DNA of 64,000 bases, taken from positions 16,182,001-16,246,000 of the forward strand of contig OX597814.1 of the NCBI GenBank assembly GCA_951406725.2, in the 5' to 3' direction. Each line of letters opens with the position of its first letter. The stretch's first letter is position 1. Below, piece by piece: positions 25,357 through 39,300 of the stretch. Source of the stretch: Octopus vulgaris (lineage: Eukaryota). The position numbers and the translations under genes were made by a program. The notes beneath the pieces were generated by a model. It made no database searches and was not told the DNA's origin. It saw nothing but the letters and a program-made list of their open reading frames with translations.

Positions 25357-27908
25357 GTAATAATAATAATTTTGACACAAGGGCAGCCAATTTGTGGGAC
25401 CGGATTTGTCGATTATATCGACTCTATTGTTCATCTGGTACTATATTTACTGTCAACGTCATAAGAGAAAGCTTTCAATGAATTTAACAAATACAGCAAA
25501 ATTCACACATAAACGCAAAAAAATATATATAGAATAAAATAGCATTCTACATAATCACTTCAAATTATTAAAAGAATAAAAACAGCCTAAATCATGTAAA
25601 AAGTCTAATAATTTATTGATCGACCGAAATCGGAAAAAGGAAAAGAATATATTTACCATTTAGCTTGGATCAAGTGTCAAGAATATAAACCGCATTCTTA
25701 TAAATACACGTACAGGATGAATGGATGTATGAGGTACGTTTAGTTCTTGTTAATATGATCCAGTTTTAATAACTAGGATATTTATTGTAATTATCCGTGC
25801 ATATATGATATACTTAGATAAAATGCATCATACACAAGTCAAAATGTTATATATCAAATATATATATGTGTGTATGTGTATACACACACACATTACATGC
25901 GTGAATATATATGTGCATATATATATGTGTGTGTGTGTGTGTGTGGACATGTGTGTGCGTGTCTGTATATATATATGTGTGCATGTGTGTGTTGGTAAAT
26001 TTTCAAAAGAACAAAGGAAAAATCCAATCTAACAGCTAATCTTTTTTTTTTTTCATTAAATAAATAATTAAATGTATATAATTAAAACTAAGGGATTGAT
26101 CATCTGAAAATCTGTATAAACTCATTTTCTAAGTTCATAATGCTGTTTTATTTCCCCACACCATTCTTCAACCATCAGAACCACTTTCTTTTTCGATTTG
26201 ATAATTATTAGTGGTATGCACTATCTTACAAACACACACATACCTCACACATAAACAGGCACATATACTGTAAGTTTGTGTGTATGTTTTGTTGTGGTCT
26301 TTTAAAAGTATATTTAAATGTGTGTTTGTACCTGTATGTGCTTGTGTGTGTGTTTGTGTCTGTGTGTGCTCGGATATGAGTGCTCCGTCTTCGCGTATAC
26401 ACAAGTGTACGAATTAATCTTTGTACATACACATATCTTTTTACACGAAGATGTATTTAAAATGCTGAATACCCACATATACGTGTATGTGCACAACGTG
26501 AAAGAGAAAGGGATATATATATAGAGAGAGAGTGAGAGAGAGAGTAAGAGACACAGAGAGAGAAAAATAGATATGGAAAGAGTAAAAAAATGTAGTAAAA
26601 AAACGAAATAATTTAGAAATCATTTGAAAATCGAGAAGGAAATGAAGAAACTTAGATGGAATGAACAAAGAAAATGAAAGAATGAAAGTGGATACAAGAA
26701 AGAAGTAGCACTCGATAGAGTTTCGATATATATGGAGAGAGAACGCTGAAGAGAGACTGAGAGAGAAAGATTGAAGGATAAAATAGAAACCTAAACTTAT
26801 AATGATGAGCCTTTTCAAACGAAAGTTGTAATTTATTTTTAAATTAGGAAAATACATTAAAAAGCATCGTAATCACCCAGAGTTAAACGATCAATCGGAT
26901 ATTATAAACACATAGCCAGATAGAAATTTGCATGCAACAAATCCTAGTCTTGAAACTCTTGCAGCAGTATTTCCACATTCAGGCAACAGATTTTGAACAA
27001 AATTACAGAGGATATAGCTTTTCTTCTTTTTCATTCACTCATTCATTCATTCTTTCGTATTTCCTTTTTTTTTTTTGTTTTATAGTTTCGATTTTGTACA
27101 TTTTTATCTCGTTATAATTATGCTGTTTACAATTTTACAATGTAAGTAAAATTGAGTTCTTTGATTAAACATAAAGGCCAAACTTTTTTTTTTTTAATCT
27201 AATTAAATAAAAGTGAATTTGATATTTTCGAGCTCAGTCAAGCGAAATATTTTCGTATTTATTTTATAAAAGCCAGAACGAGGACCTAAGTGAGGATAGT
27301 AAAACATCCAATGAGAGTGAAGGAGTCGTTGCTGTTATGGGAATTCTCGTTTCATTTCAATCAAAATCGAACACACGTACAGCAAAATCCTTTCATTCGC
27401 AATTCACTGTTTAAATTTAGAAATATTATATGTAAGACTTATTTCCAAGATATCATTCCTTTTCAAGGGTAAACAGTTGCTCTTTGAAATAGCTAATCAT
27501 CAATTTCTTGAGGGGCGTGCAATAATTTAGCCGTCATTTCGTTTACTCATTGAGAAACAAGATGTTTATTAACAACTTCAGACATCTCCAGGTTCATGAG
27601 ACCGGAACAGAGTTTCGGCAGTAGACTTGTTAGTAAGATATATACTTGATCACCAACCGAAAAGTTAGTAGTTTATTTGCTCCCATTATTATGCTTCAGT
27701 AAGTAGCTAAGTACAAAAATTGGGCTAAGTACAAGCAAAAATGAATGCTAGGTCCCACAGGATAGACTCCCTCTGCAACTTCAACCCATGAAAAATCTGT
27801 AATGAATAGAAATATTTCAAAACATGTATTCTTGAATTCAGTTTTCTTATAAGTGTAACTGGATGTGACATATCAGACTTCTGTACACTGTCGTCGTCGT
27901 CGTCGTCG

Positions 27909-27976
<68 letters not shown>

Positions 27977-28257
27977 AAGCAACAAGACGGGTAAGGGTGA
28001 TTAGGTGATGGTCTAGGGCTTAGGGGCAGGAGACCCCAGACCTTGGAGGGAAAAAAAACAACTTTGGTTGTCTTGTTGTAGTCGAGGGCTCTTTCTTCGT
28101 TGACGCCCGAAACCACTGGGAGGTGACCTTCAAAGTCGCTGGAAATGGAGATCTCCTGATCAAAATTCTTGAACGGCTGGTGTTGCTGTTGATCCATCTT
28201 GCCCGTGGTCAAAATCATTTCAGTCTTCACCATTCGCTCTTTTATCATACATTGTGG

Positions 28258-28622
28258 AAGCAACGGAACAGCCTGCTCGTGAAATTAACGTGTAAGTGGC
28301 TGAGCACTCCACAGACACGTGTACCTTTATCTGATTTTTCCTCGGGGATATTCTTGCGTGACACAGAGAGTGATCAAGGCCGGCCCTTACTGGATCGTAT
28401 TATCAGATGTGGACAACAGAAACAGTGGTAAGGTGAGAGAAAGTTGCGGTCGAAAGAGTATCGCAGGGATCGATTCACCATCCCTGCTGGAGCCTCGTGG
28501 AGTTTTAGAGTGTTTTCGCTCAATAAACCTAAAGCTCACAACGAGGCTCCGGTCTGGGAATCGAAACCGCGATCCCATGACTGCGAGTCCGCTCCCTAAC
28601 CACTGGGCCATTGCGCCTCTAC
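28258..28622 (-). mobile_element. SINE family C, indel-rich copy; an inverted internal fragment lies at 28661-28757
   Basis: Colinear with 21502-21886 but with many small indels; 28661-28757 is the plus-strand middle of the same family. Confidence 0.8.
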
Positions 28623-29608
28623 ATATCATACATTATACATTTAGGAATACGTTTTCCAATGTCCGGCCTTGTCACTCTCTGTGTCACGCTGAATATCCCC
28701 GAGAACTGTGTTAAGGGTACACGTGTCTGTGGAGTGCTCATCCACTTACACGTTAATGTCTTGCAGGTCAAGCGAAACGCGGATCGCGGATCTGTTGGGC
28801 GCCTTACTGGATCGTATTATCAGACATTTTCTTTGGCAGCTATTGCGCAATTCAATGGCTGTATGAAAGACTATATCCCACTATATCAATGCGATGTGTG
28901 TCACCAGTATTTACTGTAATTATAGAGAAAGTTGTAAATGAAATATATAAAGAAATAAAAGTAAATACTGCAATATTGGAATTTAGCTAACTTCATCATG
29001 GATACTGAAAAGAAATTAATATGATTAAAATACGTAAATAAATAAATAAATGAAGTTTCTTTCTTGTTTAATTCAGGGCTAGATCTGGTGTTACAAACCG
29101 GCCGATGACGATCTATTTTTTCCGGCACTGTATACCTCGAAATACATTATGCCTTCTATCATTTTATTGAAAGTCAATAAATTGTGAGGTGAATATTTTG
29201 TTGCAATTTCTAGCCAGTTGAGAAGCCTGCTCATTGAGATGCCAGTCTGCTTGTTTACAATCAGGATTTGGAAATTTCTAAATGTCGATTTCTCAGTCAG
29301 AAAAGTAGATGATGGAAGATTTTAACGTGCGTGCTCTACCGCAGAGTATTTTGCTATATAACTGAAATAAAATAATTTCCGACTGGAAATGAAGCCCCAT
29401 GGCAATGTTCTGCTTTACGGTGCATATCATTATTGATATAACATAGCCTTTACACACACACACATATGTATATATATATATGTATAAGCATATTTGTGTG
29501 TATACATATATGTCTGTATATACACATACATGTGCGTGTGTGTTCGTATGTATGCATATATATATATATACAGAGAGAGAGAGAGAGAGAGAGAGAGTGT
29601 GTGTGTGC

Positions 29609-29658
<50 letters not shown>

Positions 29659-29905
29659 GTGAGAGAGACAGAGAGTGAGAGAGAGATGGAGGGAGGGAAA
29701 GAGCTGTTCAGAGGAGAAATTCAGAAATATGATGCAAGGGATATTAACAAGTGTAGCATTCATGATATGAGCAAACCATTAAAATCATGGAATGCAAGCA
29801 AGGGTGATGCGTATTTTACATTGTAGTCATCGGGAATGTATACCTTTCATATGTCTAATAAAAAGATATTTCTGTGCTTTAAGAACTCGAAATTAAGATA
29901 TCTAA

Positions 29906-30284
29906 TCTCTCTATATATATAAAACTGAAGATGTCTGTGTATGGCAGGTTTGGTAGCCTTCAACTAACACTATCTCCTCCGAGACCCTGCGGCGCAAGTT
30001 GACCAAAATTGAGAGTATGATAGAAGAAAGCTTGCTCTTCATTCCGTAGAAGATAATATTCGAGTCGGACCATGTTAAGACTTATTTACATAAAAAAGGT
30101 GCTATTTTGCTACGAAAATCCCTATTTTTTAACGAATTTTTTGTCTGCTGTGTCGCCATTTTTCGGTGTATTTCAACCAGAAAAATGTTCACTGACAGCT
30201 ACATAATCCAAAATTTTTACTTTTGAAAAATTCCAATTCTAAAGGGTCGAAACAAACCCGAGCAACACCGGGCCATACTGCTAG
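29906..30284 (+). mobile_element. Non-autonomous Helitron-type element, 379 bp
   Basis: a|TCTCTCTATATATATAAAACTG at the 5' end; CCCG-AGCAACAC-CGGG hairpin then CTAG|t at the 3' end. Confidence 0.82.
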
Positions 30285-30546
30285 TTTGTGATAAATATAA
30301 TTTGTGAAATATTTTCTGTATACTGTAGGAGTAGGTGTAGGGGTTCACTCAGTTAAGACGACGTGGTACAAATCTTGCTAGTGATCAAAGATTTTAAGGC
30401 CTGCATTCAGAAAAGGTGATTATCGCGAATAATATGTAGTGTGTAAACTTTAAAACCGGAGCTGGACCGAAGTTTTTGCTTGCCTGAGTGTAAGAAACAA
30501 ATCCATCCAAAATAATTGATTCCGAAACTGGAATAGGCATAGATGC

Positions 30547-30590
<44 letters not shown>

Positions 30591-30855
30591 ACACACACAC
30601 ACATCTGCCTTTGAAACGTGAAGTGGTTGAAGCAGGAACAACAGAGGAATGGGAATATTCTTCATGTTATGTCTCGTTTCTCTGATTGTATCTTTTTTCG
30701 TTGTCCGAAAAAAAGTTCGGTTTTTTTTTTGTTTTTGTTTTCGTTTCTCATTGTGTTCAACGTATTTTTGATGCCCTGTACCCATATATGCATGTATATA
30801 TACATATATATGTAGGTATATACATGTATGTATATATGCATATATTTATATATAT

Positions 30856-30904
<49 letters not shown>

Positions 30905-31534
30905 CTATGTGTGTGTATTTACAGCATATATAGTGGAAAAATAAGATCATCATTAGTATAAATCATTGTTCCCTACTTATGTTTCACTATTGCTCCTATT
31001 TACAACTTAGCATCGGATGTTTCAAGTGCATCTAGATACAATAACGGCAATGAATCGTTGCGGCGGGGGGGGGGGTCTGATATCTTTGTAACAGAATGTA
31101 ACTGCACTTGCCAAATATTTAAATATTTTAGTCTCCAGAGATATAAAGAAAAACAATATTTAGTATCGTATTTCGTTATGTTCGCACTTGATACTATATC
31201 TACTCGTTCATTCCCGGAATGCTTGTACTCTGGAATATCCTACGTTTTCATGTTTTTTTAAATATATGACCACATAAAACAGTTTAGCAGAGAGCAATCG
31301 ATAGCTATGGCACTGGTCTCGTAGCGCCTACGATGACCGTACACTGTCCCTTCCTTCTCGAAATCTACTCTTATCAATTATACAAACAAACATATATACA
31401 TACATACATTCATGCATACATACATGCAGACATATATACATATATGCGCACATACATACATATATACATACATACATACATATATACGCGCAAACATACC
31501 TAAACATACTTACGTATGCATACATATATATACA

Positions 31535-31828
31535 GTGGAGGCGCAATGGCCCAGTGGTTAGGGCAGCGGACTCGCGGTCGTAGGGTTGCGGTTTCGATTC
31601 TCAGACCGGGTTTTGTGGGTGTTTATTGAGCGAAAACACCTAAAGCTCCTCGAGGCTCCGGCAGGGGTAGTTGCGACCCCTGCTGTACTCTTTCGCCACA
31701 ACTTTCTCTCACTCTTTCTTCTATTAGCCAGCGGAGTAGTGTCATTTGAAGGCTAAAACAATGCGAAGCGAATTGTGACCGGCGATGTGTAGCAACATCT
31801 GATAGCCTGGTCGGTCACGGTGATCACT
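31535..31828 (+). mobile_element. SINE family C head and body with an alternative 3' tail
   Basis: Same tRNA head and body up to CAACTTTCTCTCACTCTT, then an unrelated tail ending GGTCGGTCACGGTGATCAC; apparent TSD TATATATACA (low complexity). Confidence 0.85.
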
Positions 31829-32055
31829 TATATATACATACATTCATAGAAAAGCATGCACAGATACACATACATCTATATATCCATGTTTGTTTTTGTG
31901 GCGAGTGATAATAACCAGCCACCCTAATAAAAATGAAGAAAACATACGCTAAATTGAAAGATTACTCAGCAACTGCTGTAGAATACATACTTATTATACC
32001 TCCAGCGAGAAGAGAGTTGATAGTGATTTGGAAGTTTCAAACTGTTAGTCTTCTT

Positions 32056-32135
<80 letters not shown>

Positions 32136-32479
32136 ATGAATTTGTGTAGCTAGATTCCCGATGTGAAAACGTGTGTTGAAACAGATAGTGTTGTATTTCG
32201 GGACGGCCACTTTTTTTTTCAAATACACAAACGCACTATATATTCGTTCTTCACTCCTTTATTACTTAGTTAATTCTAACTCGTGTTCATTGTCTGAAAA
32301 TCTTTCGTCAAAAATCTGGAATGGACAAGCGGTGCATAAACACAGACGAGGACGTAGATGTGTGACAAAAGTGTTTCGGGTAATGAAAACTAGTTATAAT
32401 AAGAACAGTAATAGAGGAGTAAATAACGAATGTAGAATACGTGTGTTTATTTGACAAAAAAAAAGAAAAAAATACCATA

Positions 32480-32856
32480 GTCGCTGGAGTGGCTTTGTGG
32501 GAAGTAGATTGCTTATGGACCACATGGTTACGGATTCAGTCTTACTGCATGGCACCGTGGGCCAGGGTCTTCTACAATAGCCTCGGGCCGACCAAAGCCT
32601 TGTGGGTGGAATTGATAGACGGAAACTAAAAGAAGCCCGTCGTATATGTGTGTGTGTCTGTTTGTCCCCCAACATCGCTCGAAAACAAATGCTGGTGTGC
32701 TTACGTCCCCGTAACTTAGCGATTCGGCAAAAGATACCGATAGAATAAATACTACGCTCACAAAGAATAAGTTTTGGGGTTGATTTGTTTCACTGAATGC
32801 GATGATCCAGCATGGTCACAGTCAAATGACTGAAAAAAATACAAGAATAAAGAAAA
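32480..32856 (+). mobile_element. SINE family A, full length, diverged
   Basis: Head GCTGGAGTGGCTTTGTGG, core, short internal TA/TG tract, tail CCAGCATGGTCACAGTCAAATGACTGAAA. Confidence 0.85.
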
Positions 32857-33721
32857 TCCCGAAATTTAAGGTTAAATCGTGCAGTCGAACGATCTGGTTT
32901 TCGCTCATGGGGCAGTTATTTACTCTGTCAGTATATAAAAATGTGTTTTTACGCAGCTATAAGTGGTTTAACTTTTAACTCCTATTTCTAGGAATATATG
33001 TGCTACAAGTCCATGTAATCACAATTAGTTAACGGTAAAATTTTGCCTGTATTGTTTATAATGCGTCCAGCTGCCCACATTAAATTTATGCCACACACAC
33101 ACGCGCGCGCAGACATAACCACATACGCAAACACAAATATATTAGAGTAAAATTATCGATTGTATTATCTCCAAAGACTAGGTCGTCACTGATGAAATTT
33201 GAACGCCAGATCGAGAACTTTAAATACTAACTGCTGAATCAGATCTTTAACATTCACTATACTTCGGCAGTAACTTTTCTGAAATTGATGTTTAGCAAAG
33301 TATAGCTTTTCCGATAATTTTTAGTGTAAATGAAGAAGTTAGAAAGCTAGAATGTGTGAATGGGTTTTAAACACCATCTTGAGTGTAAAGAAAAAATCCA
33401 AAGACAGTAATGAAACTGTAGAAAAGTTAGGTAATTGCTTTGGGTGGTTGACTCGGTGGTTGGTGTGTTGTTTGATGGTGAGGGCTAGTCGGTGATAATA
33501 CGGTAAATTTAATCGTTGTTGAAAACAATCCATTTTCGTATTGCTTTGTCTTTATGTGTGTATTTTTTTTAATTGTTTTCTCGTTAGGAGTGGAATAGCA
33601 AGTTTATTCCTCGGATATTTTTCCAGAAATGTGAAGTACAAGAAACAAAGATGAAGGTATACATACATACATACATACATACATACACACAAACATATAT
33701 ACATACATACATATATATATT

Positions 33722-33826
<105 letters not shown>

Positions 33827-34972
33827 GTATATATTTCTCTGTATAACATTGATAAAAGAGAAAGAAATAATTCACAGAAAAGTAGATAAATTAGGTGTAT
33901 TTTATTAGTAGTTCTATAACTATATATTTCACACAGGAAATATAACTTGCTAGAGCTGAAAACGAACAGGCAAATAATGTAGCAAACGAAAAAACAAAAA
34001 GACGGGAACAGAAATGAGCGATAGAAAGAAAGAAAAGAAGAAAGAAGGAAAAAAACAATAGTAAAGTGGTGCCAAGACAAAAACACAAAAGATTGAAAAC
34101 ATATAATAGGAGGAAAAAAAAAGGGAGAAAGACTGGTGAAAAAATGAGGTAGAGATGGAGCAAATGTTAAAAGGTAGGATGTAAAAAAGATACAGCAAGA
34201 AAATAATACCGAGGTAAACGTCAAGAAAGAAGCATAATGAGAAAGAAAGGCAAAATGATAGCAAAAGGCTTATTAAATAGACAAAATTCAATAAGAGAGA
34301 GAGAGAGAGAGAGAAAGAGGTGAGGTGGTGAGAGAGGTAAAGAAAGAAACTATCAATATTGGAAGAGAGAAACGGAATAGAAAAAGAGATAGTAAAGAAA
34401 GAGAGTTAGTGATTTTTGACATGTTAAGAGGTGCTAACAGTGAAGAGAGGTGCGTGCGGTGGGGAGAAAAATTGGAAACAGCCTGTGTGATGATGAGAAA
34501 GGCATTTTACGTCTAGATATCGTCCAGGGTGTACAGTAATGCGATTATTGATAATAAGCTGAAGCGTGAAATTTGAGTTCGTTTCATGAGGAGGCCTTAT
34601 TGATTTCGTGATATTTGCCTTGTTTTCTACTCATGTTTATACTATCTAATTCGTCCTAAACTGATTAGAGTAGGACGCTTGTGACACATCATAGTGATTG
34701 GGTGACATATAAGACTTCGTTTCAATTCACATTTCGCGTCTATACTATACACTTGTTTTAATGTTCTATTCACTTCTGCTCTTTCCTGTTCTGTTCTCAT
34801 ACTCTACTAAGATGATAGTGATCTGTTCACCATTCCCCCGTATATTGTATTAAATTCGGAAACTTTTCCAGCCATTTACACAACGTCTCCAAAGGCATTT
34901 TTATGACATTATTATTTATAATTTCAGATTGAATCTTGTACATTTTTCTCGTTTTTGTTTTAGTTTATGATA

Positions 34973-35036
<64 letters not shown>

Positions 35037-35369
35037 ATACATATATCTTCCCAGTATTTATGTACACAAATACATTCGCACATAAACACACACACACACA
35101 CTCATATATATATGTGTGTGTGTGTGTGCACGCATACAAATATATAAAGAAACATGAATACGTATAGGAATATTTCTGAGTGTGAGTACGAGTACGTATG
35201 TATATGCGCATATATGCGTGTATGTTTGTACATGAGTATATGTGAATTGATACTTATATAAATGAATGTCAAACAATAAAAAATATATATCATTATCAAA
35301 CTATTCATCATTCTCTATACTTGTAAATGTACGCAACTATGGCGCTATATCTCTTTCTCTCTCTCCCCT

Positions 35370-35448
<79 letters not shown>

Positions 35449-35784
35449 ATGGCACAGGGGGAAGCGAAAAGAGATTGACCGAGCTAAAATTCTACAGATT
35501 ATTTTGCTATTTTGGTAACTCGACACATTCGTATGAATATTATTGCAAAAAAATATCAACTAATGTATATATTTTTGCTGTTTAAAAACTTACAGTTCTT
35601 TTTTCATTTTTTTTTTCTTTTACGAGACTGAGATTGGAGAATGCAATGATCTGATTTCATTCTGCGTATTTTACTAGAGCTGCCCGTAGATTATTGCCGG
35701 AGAATTGCAGTATTTCGTTTTTATCTTTTCCGAATTAGATGTCCAGCGCTACACTATAAACATTCATTCCATAATCGGATTTAG

Positions 35785-35815
<31 letters not shown>

Positions 35816-35845
35816 CATGCATGCATACATACATACATACATACA

Positions 35846-35878
<33 letters not shown>

Positions 35879-35994
35879 TTTTTTGTGTTGTTTGTAGGAA
35901 GAAAAAGTACGCAATACTATAATAGAGACAGATTAATGTCGCTTGCTACTCCGAGTTTCGCCTGTCTGTGCACAGGCTCTGCAGGCAAGTTACG

Positions 35995-36244
35995 ACTAGT
36001 CTTCAAAAGTAACTAGACATCCTCCACTTCACAATACCGGATGAACCAACGACCCGATATGAGGTGCATACGAGGGCAGTAAAATCAAACTCTTTTATGC
36101 TCAAGGTGGAACAACATCTGGGAAAAAGCACATACAGGAGTGATGATGTGAAACACCCCAAGACTGAGGAAACCAGAAAGGCCCTGGTGGTGGTCCAGTA
36201 TGTCCGCAGCCACATGGCTGAAACAAGTAAAAGTGTAAAAGAGT
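35995..36244 (+). mobile_element. 3' end of a second CR1/Jockey-like LINE subfamily
   Basis: Translates as LDILHFTIPDEPTTRYEVHTRAVKSNS, homologous to LDIFLSRVPDEPTSRQEVQMRVALSNS of the 19.8-kb LINE; ends CCAGTATGTCCGCAGCCACATGGCTGAAACAAGTAAAA. Confidence 0.75.
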
Positions 36245-36259
36245 ATGTATGTATATATG

Positions 36260-36316
<57 letters not shown>

Positions 36317-36318
<2 letters not shown>

Positions 36319-36510
36319 TTTTATTTGTTTCAGTCATTTGACTGCGTCCATGCTGGGGCACCGCCTTTAGTCGATCAAATCGACCCCAGAACTTATTCTA
36401 TCCGTCTCTCTTGCCGAACCGCTAGTGACGGGGACGTAAACACACCAGCATCGGTTGTCAAGCGATGTTGGGGCGGACAAACACAGACACACAAACATAT
36501 ACATACATGC
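36317..36510 (-). mobile_element. SINE family A, 3' half
   Basis: Matches the family tail through GGACAAACACAGACACACAAAC. Confidence 0.85.
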
Positions 36511-36532
36511 ATATATATATATATATATATAT

Positions 36533-36702
36533 ATACTAAGCAATTAAGGGTTTAGCAACGAATTGCCTCACCACACACTGAATTTAGAAATAGCAGTCAA
36601 AGAGTTATAGCTATTCTTTAATAGCTATAACTCTTTGACTGCTATTTCTAAATTCGGTGTGTGCTAAGGCAATTCGTTGCTAAACCCTTAATTGCTTAGT
36701 AT
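36533..36702. repeat. Fold-back: 83-bp arms, 4-nt loop
   Basis: ATACTAAGCAATTAAGGG...TATAGCTATT-CTTT-AATAGCTATA...CCCTTAATTGCTTAGTAT with few mismatches. Confidence 0.95.
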
Positions 36703-37077
36703 TACTTAAACTTTCCTCGAATGAGGCTTTTACATGCCGAAATCTACTTGGTGTAATTAATGATTATTCCAAATTAATTAATTTCACCCTATATTGTTAC
36801 TGATATATATATATATACATATATACATACGCATGCGCGCGCGCACATACACACTTATATACATATGTATGCACACATATATATGCATTAAAGCATTACT
36901 AGGATTGTGAGTATATTCGAAGATTCGGCTTGATTACTTCGTTATGCGAGGTCACCCAATCTTCGAAATCACTGTCAATTTTATTTTAACGTGTAAATGT
37001 GTAATAAACATGTGTTCTACTAAAAATAAGTATTGAGTAATCTTTCAATTTAACTGTGTGTTTTTTGTTTTGTTTTT

Positions 37078-37260
37078 GTTTTTGGTCTGCAAGATTCTTT
37101 ATATGAGTTCGTGTGTTGAAGCATATTCCGTTGTGTCTGGGGAGAGTCATTTTCTTTTTGTGCCTTATAATGTAAAACACTCACTGGTAAAATTTCCCCT
37201 TATTTCTTATTTTCCCAAAATTTTCGTTTCGATTGCATCCTTTTCAATTGTCTTGACTGT
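37078..37260. repeat. Unclassified interspersed repeat; second copy at 59852-60038
   Basis: TGCAAGATTCTTTAT.TGAGT.CGTGTGTTGAAGCATATTC.GTT.TGTCTGGGGAGAGT...TTTTCAAT.GTCTTGAC is in both copies; a weaker relative lies near 32140-32220. Confidence 0.8.
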
Positions 37261-37402
37261 GTCCGTTTCAATTTAATGTTAAAATGGTTACATACATATA
37301 AATTGGCTACATGTGTATATAAGCTTAATGTAACATTAGTTACAAGGATATAACATGTATATATTACAATAAACAATAATATGTAAATCCCATTCCACAC
37401 AA

Positions 37403-37446
<44 letters not shown>

Positions 37447-37597
37447 ATTGTATATATATATGTAATGTAGCAATTTGCAACAACCAATAATTAACGCAAA
37501 CAAACTTCCACATGTTACTTTTGACAATCTTTTTCCAAAGAGTGAAACCGGTAAAGTAAATAAACATCTTTTAAATTGCATTTTCAAACCTTCTTTC

Positions 37598-37731
<134 letters not shown>

Positions 37732-38264
37732 TATCCTTATATATATGTTGCCTTTAAAGCCGTCAGTTAACGGCAATGAAAATGTTTCTTGAACACGAAG
37801 CGATTGTATAAAACACAATCTTTTACAATTGCCTCATGTATTAAATTGGTTTTATTTATCCTTACACAGTTGGCTATGAATTTTCTAATTGCGATTCTGC
37901 TAATCATTAGCAGTCAAGTAAAGAATCAAATGAGGACAACGAACATGTTGTCTCTGAGTGTTGTATTAAAACAGTATTTTAACTTGAGGTGAAGCGAATG
38001 ATGGAATCAATAGTGTTCACTCATATCTATCAACGACTGCCTCAGTAATCTCATGCTCATTTTCAATTGGTACTTGTTAGTTAAGCGTGAATATGACACA
38101 AACTTCCAATTATTGCCTATTTGCACAGTTGGACTGCGGTTTATCATTGAAATTCTTTCCGTTTCTCTTTTGTGCCTGATCGTTGTCTCTTTGTATTTGC
38201 GTGCGTGTATGAAAAGCGTGCGAGCGCTTCGTATGTATGTACGTGTGTATGTATATGTATATGA

Positions 38265-38493
38265 GGCGGCGAGCTGGCAGAAACGTTAGCACGCCGGGCG
38301 AAATGCTTAGTGGTATTTGGTCTGCCGTTACGTTGTGAGTTCAAATCCCGCCGAGGTCGACTTTGCCTTTCATCCTTTCGGGGTCGATAAATTAAGTACC
38401 AGTTACGCACTGGGGTCGATGTAATCGACTTAATACCTATGTCTGTCCTTGTTTGTCCCCTCTGTGTTTAGCCCCTTGTGGATAATAAAGAAA
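38265..38493 (+). mobile_element. SINE family B, full length, about 17-bp TSD
   Basis: A box TGGCAGAAACG, B box AGTTCAAATCC, core GTCGACTTTGCCTTTCATCCTTTCGGGGTCGATAAATTAAGTACC; TSD TATGTATATGTATATGA at 38248-38264 and 38494-38510. Confidence 0.9.
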
Positions 38494-38779
38494 TATGTAT
38501 ATGTATATGAGATTTAAGTACTGACCATTCCCTCATGAAGTTTCGCTTCCATTCCTTCCTGTTCTATCTCAAACGCCAAAGACCTCCTTGCATCGTCTCT
38601 TCATCTCTCTGTCACTGTCATTCTTTCTCTATCTCTACACATACCGGCACTTTTAGTCTCATAATTGTTCTTTCTCTCGCCTACTCTTTCATTCTTTCTC
38701 TTCTTTTATACTCTTACATACGTTTTCATCTAATAACAAAACTTTACTTTTATCTGTTACTCCATGTTAATACCACTTT

Positions 38780-39017
38780 CTCTTTACTCTTTACTCTTTT
38801 ACTTGTTTCAGTCATTTGACTGTGGCCATGCTGGATCACCGGCTTTAGTCGAGCAAATTGATCCCAGGACTTATTCTTTGTAAGCCTAGTTCTATCGGTC
38901 TCTTTGGTCGTACCGCTAAGTTACGGGGACGTAAACACACCACCATCGGTTGTCAGGCGATGTTGGGGGGGGGGGGCAAACCCAGACAGACACACACACA
39001 CACACAAACACACACAC

Positions 39018-39079
<62 letters not shown>

Positions 39080-39232
39080 GACGGGCTTGTTTCAGTTTCC
39101 GTCTACCATATCAACTTTGGTCGACCCGAGGCTATAGTAGAAGACACTTGCCCAAGGTGCCGTGCAGTGGGACTGAACCGGGAACCATGTGGTTCATGAG
39201 CAAGCTACTTACCACACAGCCACTCCAACGCC
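38780..39232 (-). mobile_element. SINE family A, full length with an expanded internal (CA)/(TA)n
   Basis: Head, core, microsatellite, tail and (AGTAAAG)n-like terminal repeats. Confidence 0.9.
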
Positions 39233-39300
39233 TGTTCACTGTAATACCCTAATATAGCTACTGTTCCTTTCCCTCACATTTACTCATTTCTCCTTTATCT

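Noticed and set aside
27847-28263. 138-aa minus-strand ORF
   Set aside because: Starts inside a SINE tail, ends in (AAC)n, no recognisable domain, and lies in a region of doubtful sequence quality.
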